Of a stretch of DNA of 34,803 bases, positions 32,346 to 34,803 are shown one piece after another (the stretch's first letter is position 1; every line of letters starts with the position of its first letter). Below the pieces are notes generated by a model. It searched no databases and was not told where the DNA came from. It saw only the letters and a program-made list of their open reading frames with translations. A program made the translations under genes and the position numbers. This DNA is from Macrostomum lignano. Taxonomy: Eukaryota. Location of the stretch: NCBI GenBank assembly GCA_002269645.1, contig NIVC01004802.1, positions 1-34,803 of the forward strand. Reading direction: 5' to 3'.

Positions 32346-32671
32346 GATTTTTAGTTCGGGACTTTCCGGACTGTAAATCTATTAATTTACGAATCCTACG
32401 ATAAGATCTTGAATCTGTGCTGAATTGGGGGTTTTCTACTAGCATGTGCTTATCAACAGTTTTGTTTTTTTCGCAACCAGCGTCATCAAAGTGCAGATTT
32501 TGGCCTGCACTTTGATCCCCCTGTCGCTATGATATATTCTGAAGGAAATTTTTTCCTCTCAGCATGCACATATTCATGCAGGATTATGACGCCAGCAGCA
32601 ATAAAGACCCTGGCAGTTGGTGTGATTCTGGTTCTCTGATTCTGCCCACCAAATCACGAATATTATAAACT

Positions 32672-33805
<1,134 letters not shown>

Positions 33806-34241
33806 GTTCTTTCCGTCCATCGGGTCTTTTGTACTTCACAGACAAGGACCCGAAAACCTTAAAACCTTTGTAAAGTTTATTTCTCTTCCTTACACTCTGA
33901 TCTCCTCTATTCCGCGGCCCGAAGCCATGCACTGGATTCTTAAACTTGCCTTGAGGTAAAAATTTTACTGACCGCTCCTGTACCACATACTTTAAGTAGT
34001 GCAGTTTGCATATGCAATGTAAGCTCGTAATGAAAAACGAAAGTTCAAATTGTGAAGACAAACACCGAGCACCGAGTGAGTTCTGTTGCTGGGTAGGGAC
34101 ATCGAATTTTAAGCAGACGAAACGAAGCCCGCCACATTGATTTGCTAATAAGTTCTCCGTCGTTTGAGAAGGTATAGAGAACGATGTAGAGAGTGCGATC
34201 GATTTTATGCTGTGTATCTCAGTGGGAATGCAAATTGAGCA

Positions 34242-34614
<373 letters not shown>

Positions 34615-34803
34615 GCCACTGGCATTCGATCCCTGAACGGCCCTGGCTTTTCCAATTTCCCCACTCGATCCTGTTGATTTCTTTTCATTCATCCGCTCGG
34701 GTGCCAGAAACTGCAGCGAAGACTTCTGTTCCAAGCAAGAAACTACTCAAAGTCGCAAATCTATATTCTCACTGCTCAGCAGGGAGACGCCAAACTTTTA
34801 TCA

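Noticed and set aside
29918-32354. Three plus-strand ORFs of 714-806 aa (GSWDRDLGIGILGS)n
   Set aside because: They are the 14-bp satellite read in three frames. It is stop-free by composition, not a WD-repeat or other protein.
34616-34734. Minus-strand LQFLAPERM resembling kinase subdomain VIII
   Set aside because: An in-frame stop lies just upstream, no DFG or DxWS motif flanks it, and the frame runs straight into microsatellite.

Overview
Eukaryotic (animal) genomic DNA, roughly 45-50% tandem repeat, with two intron-containing ion-channel genes arranged tail-to-tail. The ORF track splits both genes; I reassembled them by hand from GT-AG junctions and reading-frame phase. (1) Plus strand: an otopetrin-family proton channel, 4 exons visible (1876-2074, 7872-8038, 10912-11218, 12097-12974; 516 aa plus stop), with the 5' part upstream of the window. 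(2) Minus strand: a DEG/ENaC/ASIC-superfamily channel with 3 exons (26866-26465, 25971-25306, 18274-17066; 758 aa). Both deviate at normally conserved functional motifs. Intron 2 of the DEG/ENaC gene holds a probable 5' LTR with a duplicated palindromic AP-1/CRE-MEF2 module, a TATA box and two copies of a tRNA-Leu primer-binding site, followed by a decayed Tc1 (DD34E) transposase fragment. A tRNA-derived SINE lies between the genes. The rest is at least 17 distinct micro- and minisatellites, including a 23/46/138-bp higher-order array and a ~2.1-kb G-quadruplex-pattern 14-mer satellite. The style (GC-rich exons with polyQ/polyA, introns filled with satellites) suggests a flatworm such as Macrostomum; that is inference only. 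The long ORFs in the track that fall on repeats are artefacts.
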